Of a DNA stretch of 64,000 nt, positions 50,512 to 59,640 are shown in pieces (positions within the stretch are counted from its first letter, which is position 1; every line of letters begins with the position of its first letter). Under the pieces are notes generated by a model that ran no database searches, was not told the origin of the DNA, and saw nothing but the letters and a program-made list of their open reading frames with translations. Source of the stretch: Candidatus Moraniibacteriota bacterium (GTDB taxonomy: Bacteria; Patescibacteriota; Minisyncoccia; Moranbacterales; GCA-2747515); the NCBI GenBank assembly GCA_046116545.1, contig CP175956.1, positions 1,170,912-1,234,911 of the forward strand. The letters run 5' to 3'. Position numbers and translations under genes: made by a program.

Positions 50512-51711
50512 CTATGTCGTAACTTCTGCAGTTATTTCTTCACTCTTTTCTTCTTCATCTCCCTTAAGAATGTCGATATCCTTCTTGAACGCTATAATTA
50601 GAGATACTAAGAAAGCTACCAGAAATGGTCCCACCAACGCACCCTTGAGACCGTATGCATTCATCCCTGCAATCATGCAAAGCATCAATGCAACAGCTGA
50701 TAATGTTGCTTCCTCGCCACCTAAGACTTTGAACTTGATCCAGTTATCACATGTTGCAACAAGAACTGTTGCAACAAGTAAAACACCTGTTGCTATATAA
50801 TGACCTTGCACTGCACTAATAACAACTAACCCGATTACTACTGGGGTTGCTACAAGCGGAAGTCCACAAGCAGATGTCGCAATAGCCAGTATGGCAATAA
50901 CCAAAAGCACAGCTATGTCTACAGGCATATACATAAAACAATATATCCCCACAATAAGCGTAGCCAAACCTCCCTGTCCCAAGCCAACTGCTACCATACT
51001 TTTTACAAGACTATTCATAACCTTCTGGACATCCAGGAGGATTTGTCTCGTATCCTCTTTTCCAAAAAAGGCGATATGCGGAAGCAGCCACTCTATCATC
51101 TTTTTACCTCTCAAAAGAAAAATAATTACGGCTACTACAGTTATGCTTATATCAACAAAGATCTTCCACACTTTTGCTAAAGTACCTGTAACTGCTCCGA
51201 GAACTGATTTACTTAATTTGCCAATCATACCACCACCCTGAAGTAGGACAGTGACACTGCCAAAATTTGAATCAGCTATCTCTATAGCCTTGTCCACAAA
51301 CATTGTTGACCATTCATGTTTTTTCTTTACTTTTACAAGCAAGTCCACAGCCTCTTCCTGAAATTCCGTAACCATAGTACTTCCATCCTTCACAGCCTCA
51401 ATTCCAGTATCAATCTTGTTGATACCATATACCCCAAAGCCCACCATCACAATAAAACACATGCCAATAAATGACATTATCATTATTGCTATAGCCGTCT
51501 TTGCTCTTCCTCCCAAAAACTCACTGAGAGGCTGATATACCGTTGGATACAACGCCGATGCTAATACTGCACCAATAAAAAATTGTGATACAAATGGTGT
51601 TATCATGGGCATAGTCACCCACATCATAAAAGCAACAAAAACTGCCCCTGCTACTTTCATTACTACTACCTTGTCTTTGGCTGTGTACCTGATATTTGGT
51701 CGTGTTTTCAC
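50512..51711 (-). CDS. Divergent AI-2E (YdiK-like) family transporter
   Basis: LASALYP.Y..L, VGLGQG, DNWIKFKVLG, GMNAYGLKGALVGP; GGGAG SD before the GTG start. Confidence 0.75.
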   Translation of the reverse strand: MKTRPNIRYTAKDKVVVMKVAGAVFVAFMMWVTMPMITPFVSQFFIGAVLASALYPTVYQPLSEFLGGRAKTAIAIMIMSFIGMCFIVMVGFGVYGINKIDTGIEAVKDGSTMVTEFQEEAVDLLVKVKKKHEWSTMFVDKAIEIADSNFGSVTVLLQGGGMIGKLSKSVLGAVTGTLAKVWKIFVDISITVVAVIIFLLRGKKMIEWLLPHIAFFGKEDTRQILLDVQKVMNSLVKSMVAVGLGQGGLATLIVGIYCFMYMPVDIAVLLVIAILAIATSACGLPLVATPVVIGLVVISAVQGHYIATGVLLVATVLVATCDNWIKFKVLGGEEATLSAVALMLCMIAGMNAYGLKGALVGPFLVAFLVSLIIAFKKDIDILKGDEEEKSEEITAEVTT

Positions 51712-51824
51712 TTTTTATCTCCCAAAATAAATTGATTTTAAAAAACCAACAAAGCAATTTCGTGCTTTCATCGATGTTTCTTCAGTTGATATATAAGACA
51801 TGATTGCCTTACATGATTGTATGA

Positions 51825-53000
51825 CTATACTGCATGTTCTTGAGATATTTTATCCCATTTGATCATGCCCTCCTTAAATCGTTTTGATCGAAGATACTCA
51901 ATGAACATTCCCGCTTCAATACAACGTGATTTTGGTGGATTAACTTCAAGCTTGCCACCAGCTTTGTGACCTGCTGCAATTGCATCTGCTTTATTATTTC
52001 CTGACTTGAAAAATCTCTTCAAATCATCCCAACTACATCCGTCGAAATCCTCCGGAACTTGCAAACGATATTTTGTTTGTCCATCAGCATCTATCATATC
52101 CATCATGGTATACGATGATCCTGGATCCTGTATGCACCTAGCAATTAGCTCAGGCATACTAGTTGGAACAGGCTCGATGTTTTCCCCAAGAAGTTTAACA
52201 ACAGGAGCATTTTCATGCATTACGTCAAACGCAACTACAATATGAGCCTTTGGATTTACATTTCTCATAATGATACATAATGCGATGTTATAATTATCAT
52301 CACCTGTATCAATCAAAATTCTAGCAGCATCTGCGATACGTGCCTCTTTGAGAAATTTGTCAGACTTAAATCCTGTCTTGGTGCTTTTGCCACTGACAAT
52401 TCCACTCATTGGGTTTTTGTCATACCTCTCCTTATCAAAGCATAACAATAATTGTCGTTTTTCTCTACGAGTGTCGGCCAAAATATTATCAATGATAATA
52501 TTTGTTCTATTTCGTTGAAACGAAATAATTGGTATATGATCTTTTATACTCACAATGATATCTCCATGATATATTTTGTACGAAATTTTCCAAAAATCTT
52601 TAACCAACATTGCACCATAAGCAACTAAAAAGGCCGGGTAAAAATTGAATGAAAATGCAGAAACTAGCCTACCCATTTCTGACACAGGAGCCACATCTCC
52701 AAGTCCAACTGTTGAACTCAAAGCACTGACAAAATATAAATAATTTATCCAATTAGTTATATCGTTGTCAACAGGCTCAAATGAAATAAATATTCCCCAA
52801 TTAAAAAGAAAATATGACACCCAAATTATGACGGGCCACTTTGACTTAAATAGCTCTTTTTCTATTTCTAGAAAAATAAACGCTGCAGTAGCCGACTGTG
52901 ACTCCAGTCTCCCATATACAAACCCACGTACTTTTTTTGCAATACTTAGCAAATTAGCACGTATACCTGATAATATATTTTTTGACTTATTCACATTCAA
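51825..53000 (-). CDS. 2-TM potassium-channel-like protein with RCK domain
   Basis: YLYFVSALSSTVGLGDVAPVSEMGR pore; ARIADAARILI..DDNYNI..NPKAHIVV..LIARCIQDPGSS RCK domain; SD AAGGAGG; promoter TTGATT-17-TAATCT at 53089-53117. Confidence 0.85.
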   Translation of the reverse strand: MNVNKSKNILSGIRANLLSIAKKVRGFVYGRLESQSATAAFIFLEIEKELFKSKWPVIIWVSYFLFNWGIFISFEPVDNDITNWINYLYFVSALSSTVGLGDVAPVSEMGRLVSAFSFNFYPAFLVAYGAMLVKDFWKISYKIYHGDIIVSIKDHIPIISFQRNRTNIIIDNILADTRREKRQLLLCFDKERYDKNPMSGIVSGKSTKTGFKSDKFLKEARIADAARILIDTGDDNYNIALCIIMRNVNPKAHIVVAFDVMHENAPVVKLLGENIEPVPTSMPELIARCIQDPGSSYTMMDMIDADGQTKYRLQVPEDFDGCSWDDLKRFFKSGNNKADAIAAGHKAGGKLEVNPPKSRCIEAGMFIEYLRSKRFKEGMIKWDKISQEHAV

Positions 53001-53171
53001 TCCCCCTCCTTTTCATCACAGTTTTCTGATATATTTTGTTAAAAAAACTAAAATCTAACACAATTTACACATTATAAATTGACTCATCAGATTAGCATAA
53101 ATTACAAAAGAAATCAAGTATAGTATCTTACATCCCACCTTCAACCTTAATCACAAATAAATATAAAAGCC

Positions 53172-53242
53172 TGTCATTCCGGAAGATATTATTTGTATCA
53201 GAGCGGTTAGCGATGATAACCAAATAAATCTGTCCGGAATCT
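53172..53242. repeat. Half copy of the TGTCATTCC element
   Basis: tgtcattccgga...tccggaatct hairpin of the same length as the left half of the 48829 element. Confidence 0.75.
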
Positions 53243-53292
53243 ATACTGTGACATTAAAGGTCAGCTTTCGTACAAGTGATTTTTTGATGGAT

Positions 53293-53318
53293 GGACAGGC
53301 ACAAGGCACTGTCCCTAC
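53293..53318 (-). repeat. GTAG-type REP palindrome
   Basis: Minus strand GTAG-GGACAG-tgccttgtgc-CTGTCC; degenerate remnant near 53388-53409. Confidence 0.7.
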
Positions 53319-53420
53319 TAAAAATCTATTTTACGAAATGACAGAAATTCAATATTTTTGTTGATTGAAATTTGAATTAGAATTCAGGAGTAAATGATAC
53401 TATCCCTACAAAAAATAAAA

Positions 53421-53454
53421 AGCTGCAGAAACATTATATAATGTTTCTGCAGTT
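53421..53454 (-). terminator. Perfect 30-bp palindrome / terminator
   Basis: CTGCAGAAACATTAT|ATAATGTTTCTGCAG (53423-53452), with a T tract on the minus strand. Confidence 0.8.
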
Positions 53455-53460
53455 AACTAC

Positions 53461-54393
53461 TTATTGTTCTTTTTTTGGGAGATCTAGCCTAGACTCCTCA
53501 TCAGGTTCCCAGTCTAGTTCAAAAGCATCATCAATTTCTTCTTCCTCAACTTCAAAACCAATTTCGCCTTCATCAATATCCAACAATGAAAGTTCCCGAT
53601 CATCATCAAGTTCCGAATCTCCTCCATCTTCTATATCAAATATTCCTAAATCCAAATCATCCTCTTCATCATCAAGAAAAGTAGATGATACAGACTCATC
53701 CTCAATTTCATCTTCTTGTGTATCTGTCATTACTGGTTCAGTATCCAATATTGATATAGTGCCTATCTCTGAATTCATTGCGGTTAGTTTGTCAGATAAT
53801 TCACCCAATTCTGCTGTAACAACCTGCTGTAACATGTTGATTAAACCACTGAAATGATCTACTAAATGATCATTATTTTCACCTACCTGTTGTAATAAAT
53901 TGGCAACAATAGTATCAATAGCCAGCTCTCCAGTTTGAGTGCCACTATGCTTATAAAACTTTTGCAATGATGCGTCCATGGCAGTGCTCAATCGTGTAAC
54001 CTCTCTTCCTTCGACATCACGCATTTCAGTGAGTTCTTCACGTAATTCATCACCCTCTTTACGCAATGCTACAATCATTTGTTGTGCCTCTGCCTCACCT
54101 TCCTGCAATCGTTTACGTTCTTTTTCAACTAACTCAAGAGTCTTTTTCACACCTCCCAACTCACTAACACGCTCATAGAGAGCATCAGCCTTGTCTTCTT
54201 CCTTCACTAATCGCTTATTAAATTGAAATGCAAGTCTACTAAACCCTGCTACCATGAAAGCCAGTGCTACAATACAAATTGTAGCCCCAGCATTCATGCC
54301 CATCCATGCTAACAACTCGCTTGATGAATCTGCAATATTTGTAGTTAAATAACTCCAAGATACTTGTGCTGACTCTCGTAAAGTTTCAATCAT
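53461..54393 (-). CDS. Hypothetical TM + coiled-coil protein with very acidic C-terminus (start moved to the ATG at 54393)
   Basis: GGAG SD 9 nt upstream of MIETLRES; promoter TTGACC-17-TATAGT at 54468-54496. Confidence 0.75.
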   Translation of the reverse strand: MIETLRESAQVSWSYLTTNIADSSSELLAWMGMNAGATICIVALAFMVAGFSRLAFQFNKRLVKEEDKADALYERVSELGGVKKTLELVEKERKRLQEGEAEAQQMIVALRKEGDELREELTEMRDVEGREVTRLSTAMDASLQKFYKHSGTQTGELAIDTIVANLLQQVGENNDHLVDHFSGLINMLQQVVTAELGELSDKLTAMNSEIGTISILDTEPVMTDTQEDEIEDESVSSTFLDDEEDDLDLGIFDIEDGGDSELDDDRELSLLDIDEGEIGFEVEEEEIDDAFELDWEPDEESRLDLPKKEQ

Positions 54394-54508
54394 TTTTCCC
54401 ATCTCCAAGTTATAATTTTGTATTGTAAAACAACAATTAATTTGCAATCAAATAAATTTGATATATAACTATATCACTGATACTACATTTGGTCAATTAT
54501 AAATAAAA

Positions 54509-54542
54509 AGCTGCTACGATATTTTGTAATATCGTAGCAGCT
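54509..54542 (-). terminator. 34-bp palindrome / terminator
   Basis: AGCTGCTACGATATT-TTGT-AATATCGTAGCAGCT. Confidence 0.8.
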
Positions 54543-54562
54543 ATACTGTACCTCACACGCAA

Positions 54563-55783
54563 TTATTTATTGCGCTGTGCTTTTTCAAAATCTCCAACAG
54601 TTTGTAAATCATCTTCATCAATAGAATCCTCTGTCATATCCACTTCAGAAAGATACACAAATGTATTCAACTTTTTAAGCATGAGCGCAGCCATCTCCAA
54701 TAAGTCAATTGGATCTGTAGAGTCATTGATATCTACAACTGGCTTTGTTGATACCATTTTTGGAATTAACTCAAGTCCTTCAACACTCTTTTCAAGTTGC
54801 TTCATCAACGCCTGTCGATCACCTGCAAGCAATCTTGTGATCAGATCCTCATCAACTGATTTATTCACAATAATTACTTTTTTCTTAATAGTGTCAAGTT
54901 GGTTACTGGATTCTGCATTCAATTCTGCAACAGTCCATGTGTGAATGCCTGAACGTTCACTCTGTATAGCAGTGAGACGCTTATCTATATCAACTTGATA
55001 TTGCTTGATAGCTTTTTCAACAAGCTTATCAAGATCAACTTCCGGTGCACTCTTAGCATCCTCAAGCTTCTTCACCAGACCGTCAGTAAGAGTTTCCAGT
55101 GACTTATTAATTGAATCACTTCCGTCTCCAAGTTGTTTCTTTACAAAATCATGCAATTCCTGCATCGGAACTTTCATCTCTGCGGCCACATTTTCAGCCA
55201 GCGCTTTACCATTATCATCAGGACCGATAGTAATCACTGCACCAATGACTTCAGCCATTTCTTTGAGATTAGTCAGGACCTCTTTGTTAAAAATTGGCAC
55301 AGAAATTGGATTTTCATCAACTCCTGATGATTGTTTCAATTCACCCACAGGACTTACCTCAAGTTCCTTGAAAAAATCAACCCCATAAAACTCACGCAAG
55401 GCTTCTAAATTACTCAACTTACGTCGACCAATTTTATCAGCTATTTCTTGCTCAAGCTTTTGCTTGTCTTGTGTCAGCTTTTTAACATCATTCTCTGACT
55501 TCTTGATGATTTTATCTAACACCTTTATTTGATCTTGACTTGCTAAGTCATATTTTTTCAATCGCGCAATTTTTTTCAATCGCTTTTTAGTGGCACGTTT
55601 CTGTGCCCAAATCACCGCACACAGTACGATAAATAGAATCCCAACTCCTCCAATTGCAATAGCAAACGGAGAATTTGTCAAAAATTCTTCCCCAAAATTT
55701 GTCATTACATTCTTAACAGACTCAATAATTTCGCCTACTTCAACTCTAATGTTGCCATCAGTTACACTTATCACACTTGCCAT
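54563..55783 (-). CDS. Hypothetical TM + coiled-coil protein
   Basis: Single TM (FAIAIGGVGILFIVLCAVIWA), K-rich coiled coil, acidic end; SD GGAGAGG. Confidence 0.78.
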   Translation of the reverse strand: MASVISVTDGNIRVEVGEIIESVKNVMTNFGEEFLTNSPFAIAIGGVGILFIVLCAVIWAQKRATKKRLKKIARLKKYDLASQDQIKVLDKIIKKSENDVKKLTQDKQKLEQEIADKIGRRKLSNLEALREFYGVDFFKELEVSPVGELKQSSGVDENPISVPIFNKEVLTNLKEMAEVIGAVITIGPDDNGKALAENVAAEMKVPMQELHDFVKKQLGDGSDSINKSLETLTDGLVKKLEDAKSAPEVDLDKLVEKAIKQYQVDIDKRLTAIQSERSGIHTWTVAELNAESSNQLDTIKKKVIIVNKSVDEDLITRLLAGDRQALMKQLEKSVEGLELIPKMVSTKPVVDINDSTDPIDLLEMAALMLKKLNTFVYLSEVDMTEDSIDEDDLQTVGDFEKAQRNK

Positions 55784-55959
55784 AATCTTTTCCTCTCCAA
55801 AAATGAGATATTTCGTTTAGCTAATTACTTTTTACACAAATAACTAACCTATTTTATACTTCCAATTTCTACTCCAATTTAAAAATCCAACGCACAAAAA
55901 TACTAAATGATATAACTGCCACAACAATTGCACCCAAAAGTGCACTTGCATGTATCCAA

Positions 55960-56172
55960 TTATCCATAACCTATCACCCTCCCAAATCTAAATGTGGTAC
56001 TACAGCCTCGCTTCCTTTGTAACCATAAAAAATATACAAAAACAAATAAAGCAATACACAATATCAACATAGCTCGAATAGATTCCATCACAAGGGCTGC
56101 TGTTCGATATACAGTAATACTGATTAATCTAAATGGCATCACAAGAAATATTATCCAAATAAGTTTAGACAT
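55960..56172 (-). CDS. Small hydrophobic protein (start moved to the ATG at 56172)
   Basis: AAGGTG SD before MSKLIWIIFL; two hydrophobic segments. Confidence 0.55.
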   Translation of the reverse strand: MSKLIWIIFLVMPFRLISITVYRTAALVMESIRAMLILCIALFVFVYFLWLQRKRGCSTTFRFGRVIGYG

Positions 56173-56191
56173 ATCACTCACCTTCTTGAAA

Positions 56192-56332
56192 TTATTTTTC
56201 AAATTTTCTGTCTTTAGGCACAAAAATAATACAAGCTATAAAACTTGTAACAATCACTGATACAATAATAATCGTCTCAATGTTATTTGCAATAACTGGT
56301 ACTGACTGCAATAAATCCTGAATCATTATCAT
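56192..56332 (-). CDS. 46-aa single-TM microprotein (not in the ORF track)
   Basis: GAGGAG SD, then MIMIQDLLQSVPVIANNIETIIIVSVIVTSFIACIIFVPKDRKFEK*. Confidence 0.6.
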   Translation of the reverse strand: MIMIQDLLQSVPVIANNIETIIIVSVIVTSFIACIIFVPKDRKFEK

Positions 56333-56436
56333 GCTATTTTCTCCTCAATATTCAATTATTAAATTACATCTGAAAAATATACCTATACTTTTCACAATTA
56401 TATTTACAAAAAATAAATACTGTTGTAAAAACTATT

Positions 56437-56470
56437 GTGCTTTGAGTATTGATATCAATACTCAAAGCAC
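56437..56470. terminator. Perfect 34-bp palindrome
   Basis: GTGCTTTGAGTATTGAT|ATCAATACTCAAAGCAC, 20 nt after the stop of 56491..58263. Confidence 0.7.
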
Positions 56471-56490
56471 GCTCCTTTAAATTGTTGAAT

Positions 56491-58263
56491 TTATAATGTC
56501 ACAACCTGATCTTCATCCATAGGCTCTGCCTTTTGGATAGTTGCCCATGGCATTTTGGATATTGCTGTCATAATGTTTCTCTGAGCATACATTCCCATGC
56601 CCATGCCTACATGTACAGCTGATCCCAAGACCTTGCCAGATGCATTGATGACGCTTTGACCTGTTGCCTGCAATGCCTGCAACTTTCCACCATCAATACT
56701 AATTTGACGTAAGCGTCTAGCCTCTTTTCTACTATCTTTATTGATAAGCATTACGAGACGATTATTGCCGATTACAAATCGACCTATCTTCCACTTACGA
56801 AACATGTACATACGATGTTTCCCACCTAGTGACATCTTGCCAAAAAATGTTTTTGCTAATATTACAGAAATGAATTCAAAGACTTTGTTCACACCAAGTT
56901 TTCTCAAACCTGCTCCAAACAATCCCATCACAGTCCTGAAACCAGCAAAAATTTTAATGAGAACGCCCTTTGGAAAAAGTGGATAAATAAAATCAGCAGA
57001 ACCACCCATCAACCAAATTGCTGTCATGCCAATAATGCACCAAAACATCTGTCTGGGAAATGATAATGATTTATAATGAGTCACTGCTCTATCTTTGTAT
57101 TTACCAAAGAATAACTTCGCCCACATAACTTTTTCATTTTTTAACGCTCTTGCTTTCTTATTCGCAAAAAATTGCGTAATAGCAAGTGCAATGCCTAACT
57201 TAATAGCACCTCTTGCGCTCACCTTTTGTGCTGCAAAGACTCCAAAATTTTTGGCCTGTGCCCATGAAAGAGTAGTTATCAAAGTAATGCCACGTCCCCA
57301 CCACAGTTTTGTAAAACTGATGATGTAACCTGTGTACAAAATTGCTTTACTCTTTATGAAAATAAGCACTTTTAATATGATACTTCTCCAAACAATGGTT
57401 ACAGCAGCAAAAAAGTGTACATCCCACACCAATTGGCAAATGAGAATAATTATACTGAGTATGATACATAACCATATTACAGGACAAATCTGTCTTTTAA
57501 CCTTTACAGTAAGCCTGCTCCATATACGCCACATTATCGTAGTTCCCATAATTGCAGCAACTTCGATAACAAACATAGCTTTGGAGATGGTCAATCTATA
57601 ACACACCCACTTCACTGCAAATGTAACAACTCCTACTTCCCCACAAAAAAATAAAATATTGCGAGCTTTCTGAGTCATTGATTCAAATACAGCATTCAAA
57701 TTATGCAATATACATAATATTGGCAATGTAATTGTCACCAAAATACCAAACGGTACAATTGATTTGCATACCAGCTTATGTACATTCACAACAGTGGCCA
57801 TAAAAATATCCTGTGCCAATTTCTGACTGAAATTCACAATGGAATGCCACAAAATTATTGCATCTTGCAGAGACCTTACATCACCCTTGTTATGTAACAA
57901 GGCCAAGGCAAATGCCCAAACAGGCACCCATCTCAATAAAACACGAATTGACTCTTTTTTTTCATCTGACAATCTCGGCCATATAAATGACCATGTGGAC
58001 CACGTCAATACTAACGTAAACCAGATTGTAGCAAATACAACGATACTACCGTGTTGCCAATGTGACCCTCCAAAGATTGCTATTGCCATCTGCAATATAA
58101 CTGCATACTCCAAGAAAAAAATAAATACACTTTTCACACGTGAATGTACTACTTGTTGCAATAAATTTCCTTGATGCAATAACATACATGGTCTCATCAA
58201 TAGCACGATAGCAAAGATGGACCACAGGTCATGCCTTGTAATACCAAGCGCTGTAATATCCAT
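56491..58263 (-). CDS. Hypothetical polytopic membrane protein with internal repeat and basic C-terminal half
   Basis: 590 aa, many hydrophobic helices, repeated IWPRLS/IWSRLT blocks; GGAGG SD. Confidence 0.7.
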   Translation of the reverse strand: MDITALGITRHDLWSIFAIVLLMRPCMLLHQGNLLQQVVHSRVKSVFIFFLEYAVILQMAIAIFGGSHWQHGSIVVFATIWFTLVLTWSTWSFIWPRLSDEKKESIRVLLRWVPVWAFALALLHNKGDVRSLQDAIILWHSIVNFSQKLAQDIFMATVVNVHKLVCKSIVPFGILVTITLPILCILHNLNAVFESMTQKARNILFFCGEVGVVTFAVKWVCYRLTISKAMFVIEVAAIMGTTIMWRIWSRLTVKVKRQICPVIWLCIILSIIILICQLVWDVHFFAAVTIVWRSIILKVLIFIKSKAILYTGYIISFTKLWWGRGITLITTLSWAQAKNFGVFAAQKVSARGAIKLGIALAITQFFANKKARALKNEKVMWAKLFFGKYKDRAVTHYKSLSFPRQMFWCIIGMTAIWLMGGSADFIYPLFPKGVLIKIFAGFRTVMGLFGAGLRKLGVNKVFEFISVILAKTFFGKMSLGGKHRMYMFRKWKIGRFVIGNNRLVMLINKDSRKEARRLRQISIDGGKLQALQATGQSVINASGKVLGSAVHVGMGMGMYAQRNIMTAISKMPWATIQKAEPMDEDQVVTL

Positions 58264-58278
58264 CTAAATTGCCTCCAA

Positions 58279-58473
58279 TTACTTTTTCATTTCAATCACA
58301 CGATTACTGTACGGCGCATCTGATTTATTTTTTTCGATTATTGCCTGATTAAGCAATATCGCAATAATAATTACCCATGCCAAAATGCCAAGGATAAAAT
58401 TACGCGTCGCTCTAACAGCACATTCACGAATAAACTTAATTGGTTTCTCTTTGATTTCCTCAATCGTGTACAT
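58279..58473 (-). CDS. Small single-TM protein (start moved to the ATG at 58473)
   Basis: GAGGAG SD 6 nt upstream of MYTIEEIKE. Confidence 0.6.
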   Translation of the reverse strand: MYTIEEIKEKPIKFIRECAVRATRNFILGILAWVIIIAILLNQAIIEKNKSDAPYSNRVIEMKK

Positions 58474-58486
58474 AGACATCTCCTCA

Positions 58487-58528
58487 AAAAAAGAAAAGTG
58501 ACCACCACGACGATATCGTAGTGGCCAC
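58487..58528 (-). terminator. Intra-operon terminator-like hairpin
   Basis: GTGGCCACTACGA-TATCG-TCGTGGTGGTCAC-TTTTCTTTTTTT, with G-U pairs valid only on the minus strand. Confidence 0.75.
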
Positions 58529-58549
58529 AAGAATATTTCATCTGTCACA

Positions 58550-59056
58550 TTAATTATTATCCACTTCATCAGTAGACATTTGTCCAGATAATCTTCTAAT
58601 CAAGATTCCCGTAGCCATCCCAACAGCAAACAGAATCGAAATGATAAATGTAGTATACCATTGCGCCTCACTTGCCTTTGTTAAATCAAGGTAACCATGA
58701 TCAATTAAGAACCACGTGGCCAAACCTGAAATGCCAAACATTGCAATAAGCCCAACTGTACCAAGTGCTTTCTTTGCCAGAAAGGCAAAAATTCCCCACA
58801 CAATAACAGCAGCTCCCACAGCAAGTGCTTTGGAACTCATAGCTGCATCAGATGTTTGTACCCATTTATATAAGCAGTACTGTGTGGGATTATATGTAGC
58901 CCACACAACAACCAAAGCATAAACCAACCTGGTATATAGAACTTCTACAAAATTTTGATTCTTGAATGATTTGAAAAAACTCGTAAATGCGAATTTCAAC
59001 ATTCCCTTTCCAGCAGCCTTTCCATGTTTAGTCGCAACAGCTTTTGCATTTTCCAT
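58550..59056 (-). CDS. DUF6524-like 4-TM membrane protein (start probably 59056)
   Basis: RLVYALVVVWATYNPTQY..W, ALGTVG, LIDHGYL, AVGM..RRLSGQ..DEVD pattern; GGAGGT SD. Confidence 0.7.
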   Translation of the reverse strand: MENAKAVATKHGKAAGKGMLKFAFTSFFKSFKNQNFVEVLYTRLVYALVVVWATYNPTQYCLYKWVQTSDAAMSSKALAVGAAVIVWGIFAFLAKKALGTVGLIAMFGISGLATWFLIDHGYLDLTKASEAQWYTTFIISILFAVGMATGILIRRLSGQMSTDEVDNN

Positions 59057-59074
59057 CTTTTGCCTTACCTCCAT

Positions 59075-59371
59075 CTAAATTGATTTGAAAATATCGAGAG
59101 CATCATCATAGAGCTCATCAGATATTTGAAAACATTTTTCACCTGTATCAACAACATATGTAGTAGTTGTATCTGTCACATCAACAACAGCTACTGCCAT
59201 TGAACATGTGGTGCACATAGCTATATTAGCCTGTACCTCTGGTGGCATTTTTTTGCAAAATGCATGCCATCCATATGAAGTACTCACTATTATCACAGTT
59301 GGAATAAAAAATAAATACAATATTTTTTCCTTCCATGTAAATCTCCAGGCTATACTGAACCAATCCAACAT
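59075..59371 (-). CDS. Small membrane-anchored Cys-containing hypothetical protein
   Basis: 98 aa, one TM, AGGAGG SD. Confidence 0.65.
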   Translation of the reverse strand: MLDWFSIAWRFTWKEKILYLFFIPTVIIVSTSYGWHAFCKKMPPEVQANIAMCTTCSMAVAVVDVTDTTTTYVVDTGEKCFQISDELYDDALDIFKSI

Positions 59372-59530
59372 AATTTCTCCTCCTGAATTATAAATTCAAC
59401 AATTGTTAAAATACTTTTTTGAAACATATTTATGTCACAAAATTTTATATACTATCTACAAATAATCTACAAAATTCTGTACATAACGCCTTAAAACTTC
59501 CAAAATGTTAATAAAATGACACGACCACTT

Positions 59531-59558
59531 ATTATACATAATATTTTAAATTTGTCAA
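59531..59558 (-). promoter_or_regulatory. sigma70 promoter of the 59371-56491 operon
   Basis: TTGACA-16 nt-TATAAT, starting 4 nt after the upstream palindrome. Confidence 0.7.
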
Positions 59559-59562
59559 TAAA

Positions 59563-59594
59563 AATTCCCACTGATGAATTCATCAGTGGGAATT
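59563..59594 (-). terminator. Perfect 32-bp palindrome / terminator
   Basis: AATTCCCACTGATGAA|TTCATCAGTGGGAATT. Confidence 0.8.
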
Positions 59595-59640
59595 AGATCT
59601 ATCTGGATTTCCAGACTATATTTACTATATTGCTCAATGA

